A stretch of 64,000 nt of DNA from Desulfuromonadales bacterium. Its GTDB lineage: Bacteria > Desulfobacterota > Desulfuromonadia > Desulfuromonadales > JAWOCM01. The stretch's first letter is position 1; the number at the start of each line of letters is the position of its first letter. Below, piece by piece: positions 35,695-45,287 of the stretch. Where the stretch lies: contig JAWOCM010000080.1 in assembly GCA_046483795.1 (NCBI GenBank), positions 27,458-91,457 on the forward strand, read 5' to 3'. The notes under the pieces were generated by a model, which saw only the letters and a program-made list of their open reading frames with translations, was not told the DNA's origin and ran no database searches. A program made the translations under genes and the position numbers.

Positions 35695-36486
35695 TCAAGG
35701 GCGAAGGCGGCCGCCGCTGGCGAAAAGAAGGGACGCCCAGACGAACAGGGCCAGGGCCATAAGGCCGGAGAGGCCGAAAGCCTGTAGAAAAGAGATGTCG
35801 CCAACCCCGAGAAAGGCATGTCGGAAGCCGTCAATGAGGTACAAGAGGGGATTGAAGCGCGAGAGGGTTTCCCAGAAGGGCGACAGAATGGAAATCGGGT
35901 AAAAGACCCCGCCGAGATAAATCAGGGGCAGGATGACAAAGTTGTTGAACATCGATAGAGCGTCAAAAGTATTGGAATAAATAGCGGCAATGAGGCCGAA
36001 CTGAGCGAAAATGAAGCTGGCAAGCAGGGCCATGGTGATAGCAAGAAACGGGTGCGCCCAGGGCAGGTCAGCGAAGAAGAAAGAAACCAGCAGCACAGCG
36101 ACGCCGACCAGCAGGCCCCGCACCATGCTGGCAAGGGTATAGGCGAAGATGAACTGGGCCGGAGTAAGTGGCGTGACAAGCAAATCGACGATATTTCCCA
36201 GATAACGTGCCATGAAAAGAGAGGAGGACGCATTGGCGAAAGAGTTGTTGATCACCCCCATGAGAACAAGCCCAGGGATGACGAACTCCGCATAGCTGTA
36301 GCCTTCGATAACCGTGAGTCGCTCGCCGAGGGTGGCCCCGAAAACAAAAAGATAGAGGGAAGCGGTGATAATAGGGGCCACCAGGGTTTGAATGGAAACC
36401 CGAAAAAACCGACGGATCTCCCGTTGAAACAACGTGGTGAATGGTCGCCAGCCGGCAAATCGACGCATTGCGTCATTCGGGGTCAT
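35695..36486 (-). CDS. ABC-2 type transporter permease (YadH-like).
   Basis: 263 aa with about 6 TM segments and ABC-2 family topology. Its ATG overlaps the ATPase stop (ATGA). Confidence 0.85.
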   Translation of the reverse strand: MTPNDAMRRFAGWRPFTTLFQREIRRFFRVSIQTLVAPIITASLYLFVFGATLGERLTVIEGYSYAEFVIPGLVLMGVINNSFANASSSLFMARYLGNIVDLLVTPLTPAQFIFAYTLASMVRGLLVGVAVLLVSFFFADLPWAHPFLAITMALLASFIFAQFGLIAAIYSNTFDALSMFNNFVILPLIYLGGVFYPISILSPFWETLSRFNPLLYLIDGFRHAFLGVGDISFLQAFGLSGLMALALFVWASLLFASGGRLRP

Positions 36487-37424
36487 TTCTGCTCTCCCTG
36501 AGAACTTGAACGCAAACCGGTCAATTCCATGAAAACATCTTCAAGTCGGGTATGGCCGGTTTCGATATCTGAAACCGCCAGTCCGAGATCGAAAAGCCGC
36601 GGTAAGAGAGACGTGAAATCGGTATCCGCAGAGGGCTCAATCACGATCTGGTACCCATCCTTTTCCAGCCGTGAGGGAAATCGGCGCAACTCTTCGGGCA
36701 GGCGTGACAGGGGTTCGGCCAGCCTGATCCGGATGGAACGTTTTTTCAACCGGTCGATCAGCTTGTCAGTCCGATCAAGGGCGATCAACTCACCGTGGTT
36801 CATAATGCCGATGCGGCCACACATCTCTTCTGCTTCTTCGAGGTAGTGGGTGGTCAGCAAAACCGTCGTTCCCTCCTGGTTGATCTCTCGAACGAAATTC
36901 CATAAAGAATGGCGAAGTTCCACATCGACTCCAGCGGTTGGTTCATCCAGAATCAGCAGCGGGGGCTTGTGAATCATCGCCTTGGCCACCATGAATCGGC
37001 GTTTGAGACCGCCAGAGAGCTTGTTCATGGACTTTCCCAAATGCGGGCCGAGGCCGAGGCGTTCGATCAGCAGACGCCGCCAGGAGTCATCCGTGCGGTA
37101 CCCGTAGTATCCGGCATGGATTTTCAGGGCCTCGTCAATGGTCAGGAAATGGTCGGTGACAACTTCCTGGTGCATGACACCGATCAGTCTCCGGGTTATC
37201 CTGTACTGGCTGCGGTTGTCGTAACCGAATACAGAAATCTTTCCGGAATTAAAGCGTGTGACCCCGACAACGCAGTTTATGGTTGTGCTCTTGCCGGCTC
37301 CGTTGGGACCGAGCAGTCCGAAGATCTCTCCGGGCTCGATGCTCAAAGAAAGGTCCCCGACGGCGTTGACATTGTCGAACGATTTATTCAGGTGCTCAAT
37401 TTTCAGAGCCGGTTCAGAAGCCAT
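36483..37424 (-). CDS. ABC transporter ATP-binding protein (YadG-like).
   Basis: Walker A GPNGAGKST, signature LSGGLKRR and Walker B LLILDEPT. I prefer the ATG at 37424 (MASEPALKIEHL), 7 nt after the tatC stop. The tracked ORF extends to 37541 inside tatC. Confidence 0.9.
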   Translation of the reverse strand: MASEPALKIEHLNKSFDNVNAVGDLSLSIEPGEIFGLLGPNGAGKSTTINCVVGVTRFNSGKISVFGYDNRSQYRITRRLIGVMHQEVVTDHFLTIDEALKIHAGYYGYRTDDSWRRLLIERLGLGPHLGKSMNKLSGGLKRRFMVAKAMIHKPPLLILDEPTAGVDVELRHSLWNFVREINQEGTTVLLTTHYLEEAEEMCGRIGIMNHGELIALDRTDKLIDRLKKRSIRIRLAEPLSRLPEELRRFPSRLEKDGYQIVIEPSADTDFTSLLPRLFDLGLAVSDIETGHTRLEDVFMELTGLRSSSQGEQK

Positions 37425-37431
37425 CGTTTTA

Positions 37432-38208
37432 TCACTCAGGTGGGGATTTGTCTTCGGTTTCCGAGGGTGTTTCAGGCTCGAGGGCTGGTTTTTTACCGAA
37501 AAGACGGGCGACCACGATACCGACCTCATAGAGGATGACAAAGGGCAGCGCGATGGATGTCTGGGAAAAGAGATCCGGAGGCGTTAAAACAGCACCGAAG
37601 ACAAAGGCTGCCAGCAGGGCGAACTTGCGATTTTTGGCCAGCCACTTGTGATCGACCACGCCGATTCGCGCCAGAAAGAAAATGACGATCGGGAGTTCGA
37701 AAACGAGACCGAAGGCTATAAGCAGACGCGTGGATAGGGTCAGATAGCTGCCCATGGAGAGCATGGCGTTGAGGTCCCCGGTTGCCGTTCCGAACTGGAT
37801 CAGAAAAGTGAAGATGGTCGGGAAAATAAACATGAAGCCGAAATAGGTGCCGGCGGCAAAACACAAAAAACTGGTCAGAACAAAAGGGATGGCGTAGCGT
37901 TTTTCATTCCGGTACAAGCCGGGTGCGATAAAGCCCCATATCTGCCAGAGAATCACAGGCAGCGCCAGAATAACTCCCGCCAGGGCGGCAACTTTAAGGT
38001 AGGTGAAAAACGGTTCGGTCGCCGTGATGAAAACCAGGGAGCTGCCCTCCGGAAGAGCATTGCGAACCGGTTCGGAAAGATGCTGAAAGAGTTGCTCGGC
38101 GAAACTGTAGCAGGCGGCAAAACCGATCAGCGCGGCGATTGCACTGATAACAAGACGTTTGCGCAATTCCTCGAGGTGGCTGGTGAAGGGCAGCTGTTCG
38201 TCACTCAT
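37432..38208 (-). CDS. tatC: Twin-arginine translocase subunit TatC.
   Basis: The N-terminus [19 protein letters not shown] is typical of TatC, with 6 TM segments. I prefer the ATG at 38208, which overlaps the tatA stop (ATGAGTGA). The tracked ORF extends to 38316. Confidence 0.9.
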   Translation of the reverse strand: MSDEQLPFTSHLEELRKRLVISAIAALIGFAACYSFAEQLFQHLSEPVRNALPEGSSLVFITATEPFFTYLKVAALAGVILALPVILWQIWGFIAPGLYRNEKRYAIPFVLTSFLCFAAGTYFGFMFIFPTIFTFLIQFGTATGDLNAMLSMGSYLTLSTRLLIAFGLVFELPIVIFFLARIGVVDHKWLAKNRKFALLAAFVFGAVLTPPDLFSQTSIALPFVILYEVGIVVARLFGKKPALEPETPSETEDKSPPE

Positions 38209-38512
38209 CAGTGGAGCCTTTTTTCGGCTCGCCGGTTTCCTTATCCGGCTTTTCGGTTTCGCCCTCGTCAGAGGGCTCTTCAGGCTCCTGAGCTCCGGGC
38301 GGCCGGATTTTGCCATCTCGAAGCAGATTCTCGCGAGTCTCCTTGATCTGTACCTCTTCGTTGAAGGTATTTTTCAGATCTTCGGTGGCCCGGCGGAATT
38401 CGGCAAATCCCCGTCCGAGAGCACGGGCGAGATCGGGAAGCTTTTTCGGGCCGAGAACGACCAGCGCCACCGCAAGAACGAGCAAAAGTTCGGGCATGCC
38501 GATTCCAAACAT
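38201..38512 (-). CDS. tatA: Twin-arginine translocase TatA/TatB-family protein.
   Basis: 103 aa. The [28 protein letters not shown]-plus-hinge signature is followed by an amphipathic helix and an acidic tail. The length is intermediate between TatA and TatB. Confidence 0.85.
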   Translation of the reverse strand: MFGIGMPELLLVLAVALVVLGPKKLPDLARALGRGFAEFRRATEDLKNTFNEEVQIKETRENLLRDGKIRPPGAQEPEEPSDEGETEKPDKETGEPKKGSTDE

Positions 38513-38621
38513 GATATCCTGTCCTTCATACTGAATTTTAATTGATCGTGTTGTTTATGCCAGCGGTGCAGAGAATATCCCCAATCTCCAAATCTGTCAA
38601 GGAACAATAAACGATAAGGGT

Positions 38622-38650
38622 TTGACATAGCGGGGTTTTTAAACTAATAT
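38622..38650 (+). promoter_or_regulatory. Sigma70-type promoter for nadA.
   Basis: TTGACA (38622-38627), a 17-nt spacer, then TAATAT (38645-38650), 37 nt upstream of the nadA ATG. Confidence 0.45.
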
Positions 38651-38686
38651 ACGCAACCCTAAATCAAACAGAACAGAGAAGCGAAA

Positions 38687-39601
38687 ATGACCCAGGAAGA
38701 AGTGAAGGCGGAAATCAAGCGACTGGCCGCAGAGCGCAACGCCCTGATACTCGCCCACAACTACCAGCGCGACGAGGTCCAGGACATTGCGGATATCACC
38801 GGCGATTCTCTGGGGCTCTCCATCGAGGCTTCGAAGACGGACCGTGACGTGATCGTTTTCTGCGGCGTTCATTTCATGGCCGAAAGTGCATTCATACTGG
38901 CCCCCGAAAAAATCGTCCTCCTGCCGCGCCTCGACGCGGGCTGCCCCATGGCCGATATGGTCACCGCCGAAGGACTGCGCCAACTCAAGGCCGAACATCC
39001 TCAGGCGACGGTTGTGACCTACGTCAACAGCAGCGCTGCAGTCAAGGCGGAAAGCGATATCTGCTGTACCAGTTCCAACGCCGTCAACGTGGTCAAGTCT
39101 CTTCCTGCCGAGGAACTGATTCTTGTTCCCGACCGGAATCTGGGAAAATATATCGCCTCCCACACCGACAAGATCTGCCATTTCTGGGAAGGGTATTGTC
39201 CCACGCACGACCGACTTCGGGTCGAGGATGTACGCCGTGCCAAAGAGGAGAACCCCAAAGCTCCTTTCGTGGCCCATCCGGAATGCACGCCTGAAATTCT
39301 TGAGATGGCCGATCACATCTGTTCAACCAGCGGCATGTACGATTACTGCAGGAAAAGTCCGGCCACGACGTTCATCATCGGAACGGAAATGGGGATCCTC
39401 CATCGATTGCGCAAAGAAAACCCGGAGAAGGAGTTCATCCTGCCCAGCCCGGCGCTGATCTGCCCCAACATGAAGCTGACATCCCTCGAGGATATCCTCA
39501 AGTGTCTGCAGACCATGTCTCCGGAGATCACCGTGGAGCCAGGGGTCCGGACCAAAGCAAAAAAAGCTCTTGACCGCATGCTGGCCGTCCCCCGGGACTG
39601 A
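38687..39601 (+). CDS. nadA: Quinolinate synthase A.
   Basis: 304 aa with full-length NadA-like sequence ([25 protein letters not shown]). Confidence 0.93.
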   Translation: MTQEEVKAEIKRLAAERNALILAHNYQRDEVQDIADITGDSLGLSIEASKTDRDVIVFCGVHFMAESAFILAPEKIVLLPRLDAGCPMADMVTAEGLRQLKAEHPQATVVTYVNSSAAVKAESDICCTSSNAVNVVKSLPAEELILVPDRNLGKYIASHTDKICHFWEGYCPTHDRLRVEDVRRAKEENPKAPFVAHPECTPEILEMADHICSTSGMYDYCRKSPATTFIIGTEMGILHRLRKENPEKEFILPSPALICPNMKLTSLEDILKCLQTMSPEITVEPGVRTKAKKALDRMLAVPRD

Positions 39602-39671
39602 GCCGGCAGCAGACTGAAACCCGACGGACGACAACGGGGCGTGCCAGTTCGCACGCCCCTGTCTTTTTTCT

Positions 39672-42600
39672 ATGGAACAAAACCAGTCAGACATCGTTCA
39701 TGCCACAGTGCGCACCTTTCTCGAGGGGATACGCGGCCACGCTGCCCCGGCGGAAGTCACCGGCCTGGTGGGCTCGTCGGCATCTTACCTTCTGGAATCG
39801 CTGGCCGCCGAGCCGGGCCAGGGCCCGTTATGTATTCTCACGGCCGACCAGGCACAGGCACGGCGAGTTTTCAAGGACATGCAGTTTTTTGCAGCCGGCC
39901 GGGAAAGGGTTTTTTTGTTTCCCCAGTGGGAGGTGGCCCCTTATGAGCCCCTGAGCCCCCATCCGGAGATCGAAGCGACACGACTGGCGACTCTGACGGC
40001 TTTGCACGAGAGGCGCGCCGACGCCGTCGTGATGCCCGTACGGGCCCTGCTGCAGAAAGTCATCCCGCGCGACGTTCTGTCGAGCTTGTGCGAGCGCCTC
40101 TTTCTCGAGGAGGAGTACGAGCGCAGCAGCCTGACGCAGCGGTTGCTCGACCTCGGCTATCATCCGGTGCCACTGGTGGAGGATCGAGGGACCTTCTCCT
40201 TCCGCGGCGACATCCTCGACATCTATCCTCCCACCCTTCCGGAGCCGGTACGGATTGACTTTTTCGGAGATTTTATCGAGCGTATCCGCCCTTTCGATCC
40301 GGTCTCCCAGCGCAGTCGCGACGAGCAGCTGCGGGATCTGGTCCTGACACCCTCCCGAGAGATGGTGACGGGGGGCGAACACGGACGGACCCTCGAGCGC
40401 CGCATCAAGGAACGCGGCGATGCCCAGAACATCCCCCGGCCCCGACGCGAAGCGATTGTGGAAGAGCTCCGGGAGGGTATTTTCGCTCCCGGCCGTGAAT
40501 TTCTCCTGCCTCTCAATTACGAGACGCTCGACCCCTTCTTCGCCTACCTGGACGGCGGACGCTGGGCTTTTATGGAGCCTCCTGAAATCGAGCGTGAAGC
40601 GGATACTTTGACCGCAGAGGCCGAAGTCGCCGAACGCAACATGCAACAGAGCGGGGCACTGCATGCCGTACGGGAAGATCTCTACCTGACGCCGCGTCAG
40701 TTGGCCGAGCATATCGATCCCTCAAAACGGATCGATTTCGCGACCCTCGAACTCTTCCGTCCCGGCGATGAACGGGAGAACTACCGCTTCCAGGCGATCG
40801 GGAACGCAGACCTGCGACAGCAGACAGACTCGGAACACAGCGTCATCGAAGCTCTTGCCGCCAAACTGGCCGACTGGAAATCCCGTCAGTGGCGGGTTCT
40901 GATCGTCTGCCACCAACGCAGTCAGGCCGATCGACTCGTGGACCTTCTCGAGCCGTTTTCAGAGCGACCCGTCATGATCTCGGAGAAGCCTGGAGTCGAG
41001 CTGCGGGCCGGGGCTCCTCTGCTGGTGCTCGGGGATCTCAGCAGCGGTTTCCGACTGCTGGATGAACATCTGGTCGTCATTACCGAAGAGGAAATATTCG
41101 GCCGAACCCGCCGCAGACGCAGCGATACCTCCCGGGCCAAGGCCGCTCTATCTTCCCTGGCGCAGCTCAAGGAAGGGGACTTCATCGTCCATACCGATCA
41201 TGGTATCGGCCGGTACCGGGGACTTCATCACCTGAAAATGGGGAAGGTGGAGGGTGACTTTCTGCATCTCGAATATGCCGCCGGAGACAAGCTTTATCTG
41301 CCTGTCGAGCGGATCACGAGGGTTCAGAAATATGTCGGCGGCGAGGGACACATTCCCCGACTCGACAAGATGGGCGGAACCGCCTGGGAAAAGACCAAGC
41401 TTCGCGCTCGTGCCGCCGCCGAAGAGATGGCCAGGGATCTGCTGAAGATACAGGCCAAGCGGGACATGCGGGAGGGACATCCCTATTCGCCCCCCGATCG
41501 GATGTTCAGGGAGTTCGAAGCGACCTTCGGCTACGAGGAGACACCGGATCAGCTCGCGGCTATCGAAAAGGTGATAAACGACATGGTCTCCAAGCGCCCC
41601 ATGGACCGGCTGGTCTGCGGCGATGTCGGTTACGGCAAGACAGAGGTCGCCATTCGCGCGGCCTTCAAAGCGGTGCAGGACGGCAAACAGGTGGCGGTGC
41701 TCGTGCCGACCACCGTCCTGGCGCGCCAGCACTGGGAGACGTTCTGCCAGCGTTTTGAGGAGCACCCTGTGAACGTGGAGATGGTCTCGCGCTTGCGCAC
41801 CACGGCAGAGCAGAAGAAGATATTCGAAAGGCTCAGGGAGGGGCGCATCGATATTCTGGTGGGCACCCATCGCCTGCTGCAGCGCGATGTGCGCTTCAAG
41901 GAGCTGGGGCTGATCATTATCGACGAGGAACAGCGTTTCGGTGTGACCCACAAAGAGCGCCTCAAGCAGTTGCGCGCGGAGGTCGATGTCCTGACCCTGA
42001 CCGCGACCCCGATCCCCCGGACCCTGCATATGAGCCTTATGGGGATGCGGGAGCTTTCGGTCATCGAGACGCCGCCTGTCGATCGCCTTGCCATCCGCAC
42101 CTATGTCACCCGTTTCGACGAAGAGGTGGTGCGCAAGGCGATCCTCGGGGAACTGCGTCGGGGAGGGCAGGTTTTCTTCGTACACAACCGAGTGCAGTCG
42201 ATCGGTGCAATGGCGGACCAGATCCGTGCCCTGGTACCTGAGGCCGAAGTGGCCGTGGGCCACGGGCAGATGGCCGAAAAAGACCTCGAGAAGGTCATGA
42301 TGGGCTTTGTGGAAGGTCGCAGCAATGTCCTGGTTTGCTCCACCATTATCGAGAGCGGTCTGGACATTCCCAGAGCCAATACCATCATCGTCAACCGGGC
42401 GGACTGTTTCGGCCTCTCCCAGCTCTATCAGCTGCGCGGCCGGGTGGGGCGCTCCAGCCAGAGGGCCTACGCCTATCTGCTGATACCCGGCCAGGCCACT
42501 CTTACCCGCGATGCCCGGGAGCGATTGAGGGTCCTGCAGGAGTTGACCGAGCTGGGGGCGGGCTTCCGTATCGCCAGCCATGATCTGGAAATCCGGGGCG

Positions 42601-43154
42601 CGGGCGATCTTCTGGGAGCCAGCCAGTCGGGGCAGATGACTGCCGTGGGGCTGGAGATGTACTCGGAATTGCTCGAAGAAACCGTTTGTGAACTCAAAGG
42701 GCTGGAAAAAGAAGAAAAGGTCGATCCCGAGGTGCGTCTGGGATTATCGGCATTTTTACCCGAAGACTATATCGCCGATACGGGACAGCGGCTTGCCATG
42801 TACCAGAAGCTGGCCGGAGCCGAAGCCGAGGAGGACATTTACGAAACAGCCGATGAGATGCGCGACCGGTTCGGGGAGATCCCCGAGGCGGGACAGCTCC
42901 TGCTCGAGGTCATGAGGCTGCGCATCAGCATGAAGAGGCTGAAGATAGAGCAGGCGGAATATGATGGGCGACAGCTGGTTCTTGCGTTTCATGCGTCCAC
43001 ACCGGTTCCGCCTGAGCGGATACTGGAGCGACTGAAAACGGCCGACGGCCGCTACCATTTCAGTCTCGATTACCGCTTGACGGTCCAGCTGGGAAAACTC
43101 TCGGTCGCGGAGGTTCTTCCGGCGGTTAAAAAAGAATTGCAAGCCCTTCTTTGA
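39672..43154 (+). CDS. mfd: Transcription-repair coupling factor.
   Basis: 1160 aa with a UvrB-homology N-terminal region, the RNAP-interaction domain (DFIVHTDHGIGRY), superfamily 2 helicase motifs (GDVGYGKTEV, DEEQRFG) and a TRG motif region. Confidence 0.96.
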   Translation: MEQNQSDIVHATVRTFLEGIRGHAAPAEVTGLVGSSASYLLESLAAEPGQGPLCILTADQAQARRVFKDMQFFAAGRERVFLFPQWEVAPYEPLSPHPEIEATRLATLTALHERRADAVVMPVRALLQKVIPRDVLSSLCERLFLEEEYERSSLTQRLLDLGYHPVPLVEDRGTFSFRGDILDIYPPTLPEPVRIDFFGDFIERIRPFDPVSQRSRDEQLRDLVLTPSREMVTGGEHGRTLERRIKERGDAQNIPRPRREAIVEELREGIFAPGREFLLPLNYETLDPFFAYLDGGRWAFMEPPEIEREADTLTAEAEVAERNMQQSGALHAVREDLYLTPRQLAEHIDPSKRIDFATLELFRPGDERENYRFQAIGNADLRQQTDSEHSVIEALAAKLADWKSRQWRVLIVCHQRSQADRLVDLLEPFSERPVMISEKPGVELRAGAPLLVLGDLSSGFRLLDEHLVVITEEEIFGRTRRRRSDTSRAKAALSSLAQLKEGDFIVHTDHGIGRYRGLHHLKMGKVEGDFLHLEYAAGDKLYLPVERITRVQKYVGGEGHIPRLDKMGGTAWEKTKLRARAAAEEMARDLLKIQAKRDMREGHPYSPPDRMFREFEATFGYEETPDQLAAIEKVINDMVSKRPMDRLVCGDVGYGKTEVAIRAAFKAVQDGKQVAVLVPTTVLARQHWETFCQRFEEHPVNVEMVSRLRTTAEQKKIFERLREGRIDILVGTHRLLQRDVRFKELGLIIIDEEQRFGVTHKERLKQLRAEVDVLTLTATPIPRTLHMSLMGMRELSVIETPPVDRLAIRTYVTRFDEEVVRKAILGELRRGGQVFFVHNRVQSIGAMADQIRALVPEAEVAVGHGQMAEKDLEKVMMGFVEGRSNVLVCSTIIESGLDIPRANTIIVNRADCFGLSQLYQLRGRVGRSSQRAYAYLLIPGQATLTRDARERLRVLQELTELGAGFRIASHDLEIRGAGDLLGASQSGQMTAVGLEMYSELLEETVCELKGLEKEEKVDPEVRLGLSAFLPEDYIADTGQRLAMYQKLAGAEAEEDIYETADEMRDRFGEIPEAGQLLLEVMRLRISMKRLKIEQAEYDGRQLVLAFHASTPVPPERILERLKTADGRYHFSLDYRLTVQLGKLSVAEVLPAVKKELQALL

Positions 43155-44170
43155 CTGTGCTAGCGTCCTTTTTTCAGGGTTTTAAAACATTGCAAAAAGA
43201 GTGGAGTTCACTGGTGTCCGGTCGTTTGCTGATGATGGTTGTGATTGTATCGACCCTCTTTTTGGGGGCCTGTCAGAACGAGAAGGACAAGCACTCTCCC
43301 GTCGTTCTCAAAGTCGCTGATCGTTCCGTCTCCCTTGATGAGTTCAGGAGCGATTTCGACCAGATTGTTCCCGATCAGAAATCCCTTTCCGACGAAGAAA
43401 TCGATGAGCTTGAGCGCTCCTTTCTCCGGCAGATCATCGACAGGGAACTGACGCTTGCTGAAGCCGATCGCGTGGGGATATCCGTTTCTTCGGCAGAACT
43501 TGAAAGACAGGTGCACGAATATCGCCAGGAATACCCGGAGAACGAATTCGGGAGGATGCTCCAACAACAGGGGCTTACACTTGCCCAATGGCGCCGTGAC
43601 TTGAAAGAGCGCCTGCTTCAGGAAAAAGTCATTGAAAAACAGGTATACAATCAACTGAGCGTGGATGATTCCGAGATAGCAACCTACTACCAGGACAATC
43701 GGGACGAATTCGACCGCCCGGAACAGGTGAGGGCACGCCAGATCCTTCTCGCCAGCAAGGAACAGGGAGAGAAGGTTCTCGGTCTGCTGCGTCAGGGAGA
43801 GCGTTTTGAAGACATAGCCCGACAATTCTCACTTTCGCCGGACTCAGAGAAGGGTGGCGATCTGGGTTTCTTTGCGCGCGGAGAGATGCCTCCCCAGTTC
43901 GACGAGGTGGTCTTTGCCCTGACGCCGGGGAGGCTGAGCGATCTGATCAAGACCGATTACGGCTATCACGTTTTTCGAGTCGAGGAGAAACGCCCGGCCG
44001 AACGACTCGAACTCGAGGAGGTCAGGGACCAGATCCGGGCGCGGCTTCTCGAGGAGAAGGAAGAGACGGCCTATCAGAAGTGGCTTCTGGGGCTGAGTGG
44101 ACAGGCAACGATCGAGGTTGACTGGGCGTTGCTGAACAAACGCGACCAGAAGGGTCGCCAGAAAGATTGA
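43151..44170 (+). CDS. SurA-N plus parvulin-type peptidyl-prolyl isomerase, probable lipoprotein.
   Basis: Parvulin block RARQILL..GGDLGFFARGEMPPQFD..YGYHVF, and a lipobox LFLGAC after a hydrophobic segment. The start is uncertain: TTG at 43151 overlaps the mfd stop, with alternatives GTG at 43214 and ATG at 43232. Confidence 0.75.
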   Translation: MTVLASFFQGFKTLQKEWSSLVSGRLLMMVVIVSTLFLGACQNEKDKHSPVVLKVADRSVSLDEFRSDFDQIVPDQKSLSDEEIDELERSFLRQIIDRELTLAEADRVGISVSSAELERQVHEYRQEYPENEFGRMLQQQGLTLAQWRRDLKERLLQEKVIEKQVYNQLSVDDSEIATYYQDNRDEFDRPEQVRARQILLASKEQGEKVLGLLRQGERFEDIARQFSLSPDSEKGGDLGFFARGEMPPQFDEVVFALTPGRLSDLIKTDYGYHVFRVEEKRPAERLELEEVRDQIRARLLEEKEETAYQKWLLGLSGQATIEVDWALLNKRDQKGRQKD

Positions 44171-44181
44171 GGCAGTAAGCT

Positions 44182-45120
44182 ATGGGGAAGTTGATCACGG
44201 CCGTTGCCGGTTGCATGTTGTTGATGTTGGGCGTGGCCTGGGCCGAAAAGACAGCGGTGGAGGTCGTCGCCGTCGTCAAAAACGAGGCGATTACCAGCTA
44301 TCAGCTGGAGCAAAAGATTCAGGCAATGCAGCAGGATCCCTCGCAGGAGGGAGAAACTGACGCCTTGCGTCAGAAAGCGCTGGATAGCCTGATCGAAGAG
44401 TCCCTGATTCGCCAGCGAGCCGAGGAACTGGGCGTGGAGGTCACCGAAGGGGAAGTCGAATCGGCCATCCGCGACATCCGTCAGCAGAACGATCTGACAG
44501 AGAAACAGCTCGAATTCGCACTGCAGGGCCAGGGTCTTTCGATGCAGGAATACCGTGAGGGGCTCAGGGAGCAGATTCTACGCTACAAGGTAGTGGGCCG
44601 GGAAATGCGTGACCGCACCGAAGTCACCAGCGAGGACATCCGCGAATATTTTCGGGAGCATATTGATGACTACCGCCAGGATCCGACACTGAGATTGAGT
44701 CGTATCACCATTGCCGTACCCGAAGGGGCGACCCCGGAAGAAGCCGAGAAGGCCCGGACTAAAGCCGAGGAGGCCGTGCAGCGTATCCGCAACGGGGAGG
44801 ATTTCAGCAGCGTTTTTCTCGACCTCTCCACCGATCCGGCAGTGAGCGGAGGCGACATGGGCACCTTCGCTGAAGGCGAGCTGGCCCCGGCATTCGATCG
44901 GGCCGTACGCAACCTTGAAGAGGGTGAGGTCAGTTCCGTACTCGAGTTCGAGGGAAGCTACTATATTTTCCACGTCGATGAGAAAAATTTTGGGAACATC
45001 CGCAAATTCGACCAGGTCAAGGAGGAGATACGCGAAACGCTGCTTGGCCAGAAGACGGGGAGTCAGCGAGAGGACTGGATAAAGGAACTCAGGGAGAAGG
45101 CGTTTATCGAAATCCGATAA
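44182..45120 (+). CDS. SurA-like periplasmic chaperone/peptidyl-prolyl isomerase.
   Basis: 312 aa with a signal peptide (LLMLGVAWA), a SurA_N-like domain and one parvulin domain (GGDMGTFAEGELAPAFD..YYIFHV). Confidence 0.75.
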   Translation: MGKLITAVAGCMLLMLGVAWAEKTAVEVVAVVKNEAITSYQLEQKIQAMQQDPSQEGETDALRQKALDSLIEESLIRQRAEELGVEVTEGEVESAIRDIRQQNDLTEKQLEFALQGQGLSMQEYREGLREQILRYKVVGREMRDRTEVTSEDIREYFREHIDDYRQDPTLRLSRITIAVPEGATPEEAEKARTKAEEAVQRIRNGEDFSSVFLDLSTDPAVSGGDMGTFAEGELAPAFDRAVRNLEEGEVSSVLEFEGSYYIFHVDEKNFGNIRKFDQVKEEIRETLLGQKTGSQREDWIKELREKAFIEIR

Positions 45121-45150
45121 GTCCGGGACAATACGCCCCTGAAAAATGAA

Positions 45151-45183
45151 TAGCCCTGCCAGACTCCTGGCAGGGCTATTTTT
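45151..45183 (+). terminator. Intrinsic terminator after the SurA-like gene.
   Basis: TAGCCCTGCCAG-actc-CTGGCAGGGCTA, a perfect 12-bp stem, followed by TTTTT. Confidence 0.7.
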
Positions 45184-45287
45184 ATTGGAGCACACCGGTG
45201 CTGGATTTATGACAGCAGGGGTATGGCAGAAAGGAGAGAAGCGGATTGTAGTTGTTAGCCACGGCCCTGGTGAAGTACAATGACCGG

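Noticed and set aside
41148-42581. 477-aa minus-strand ORF, together with 39828-40712 (294 aa).
   Set aside because: Both lie antisense to mfd. They have typical shadow-ORF composition and no RBS or motif support.
43643-43648. Single GTATAC hexamer (GGTATACAA) inside the PPIase gene, and a 3-mismatch relative of the dyad at about 14953 in dnaA.
   Set aside because: Single palindromic hexamers are expected many times in 64 kb. Only the two full 13-nt dyads in non-coding DNA are statistically notable.
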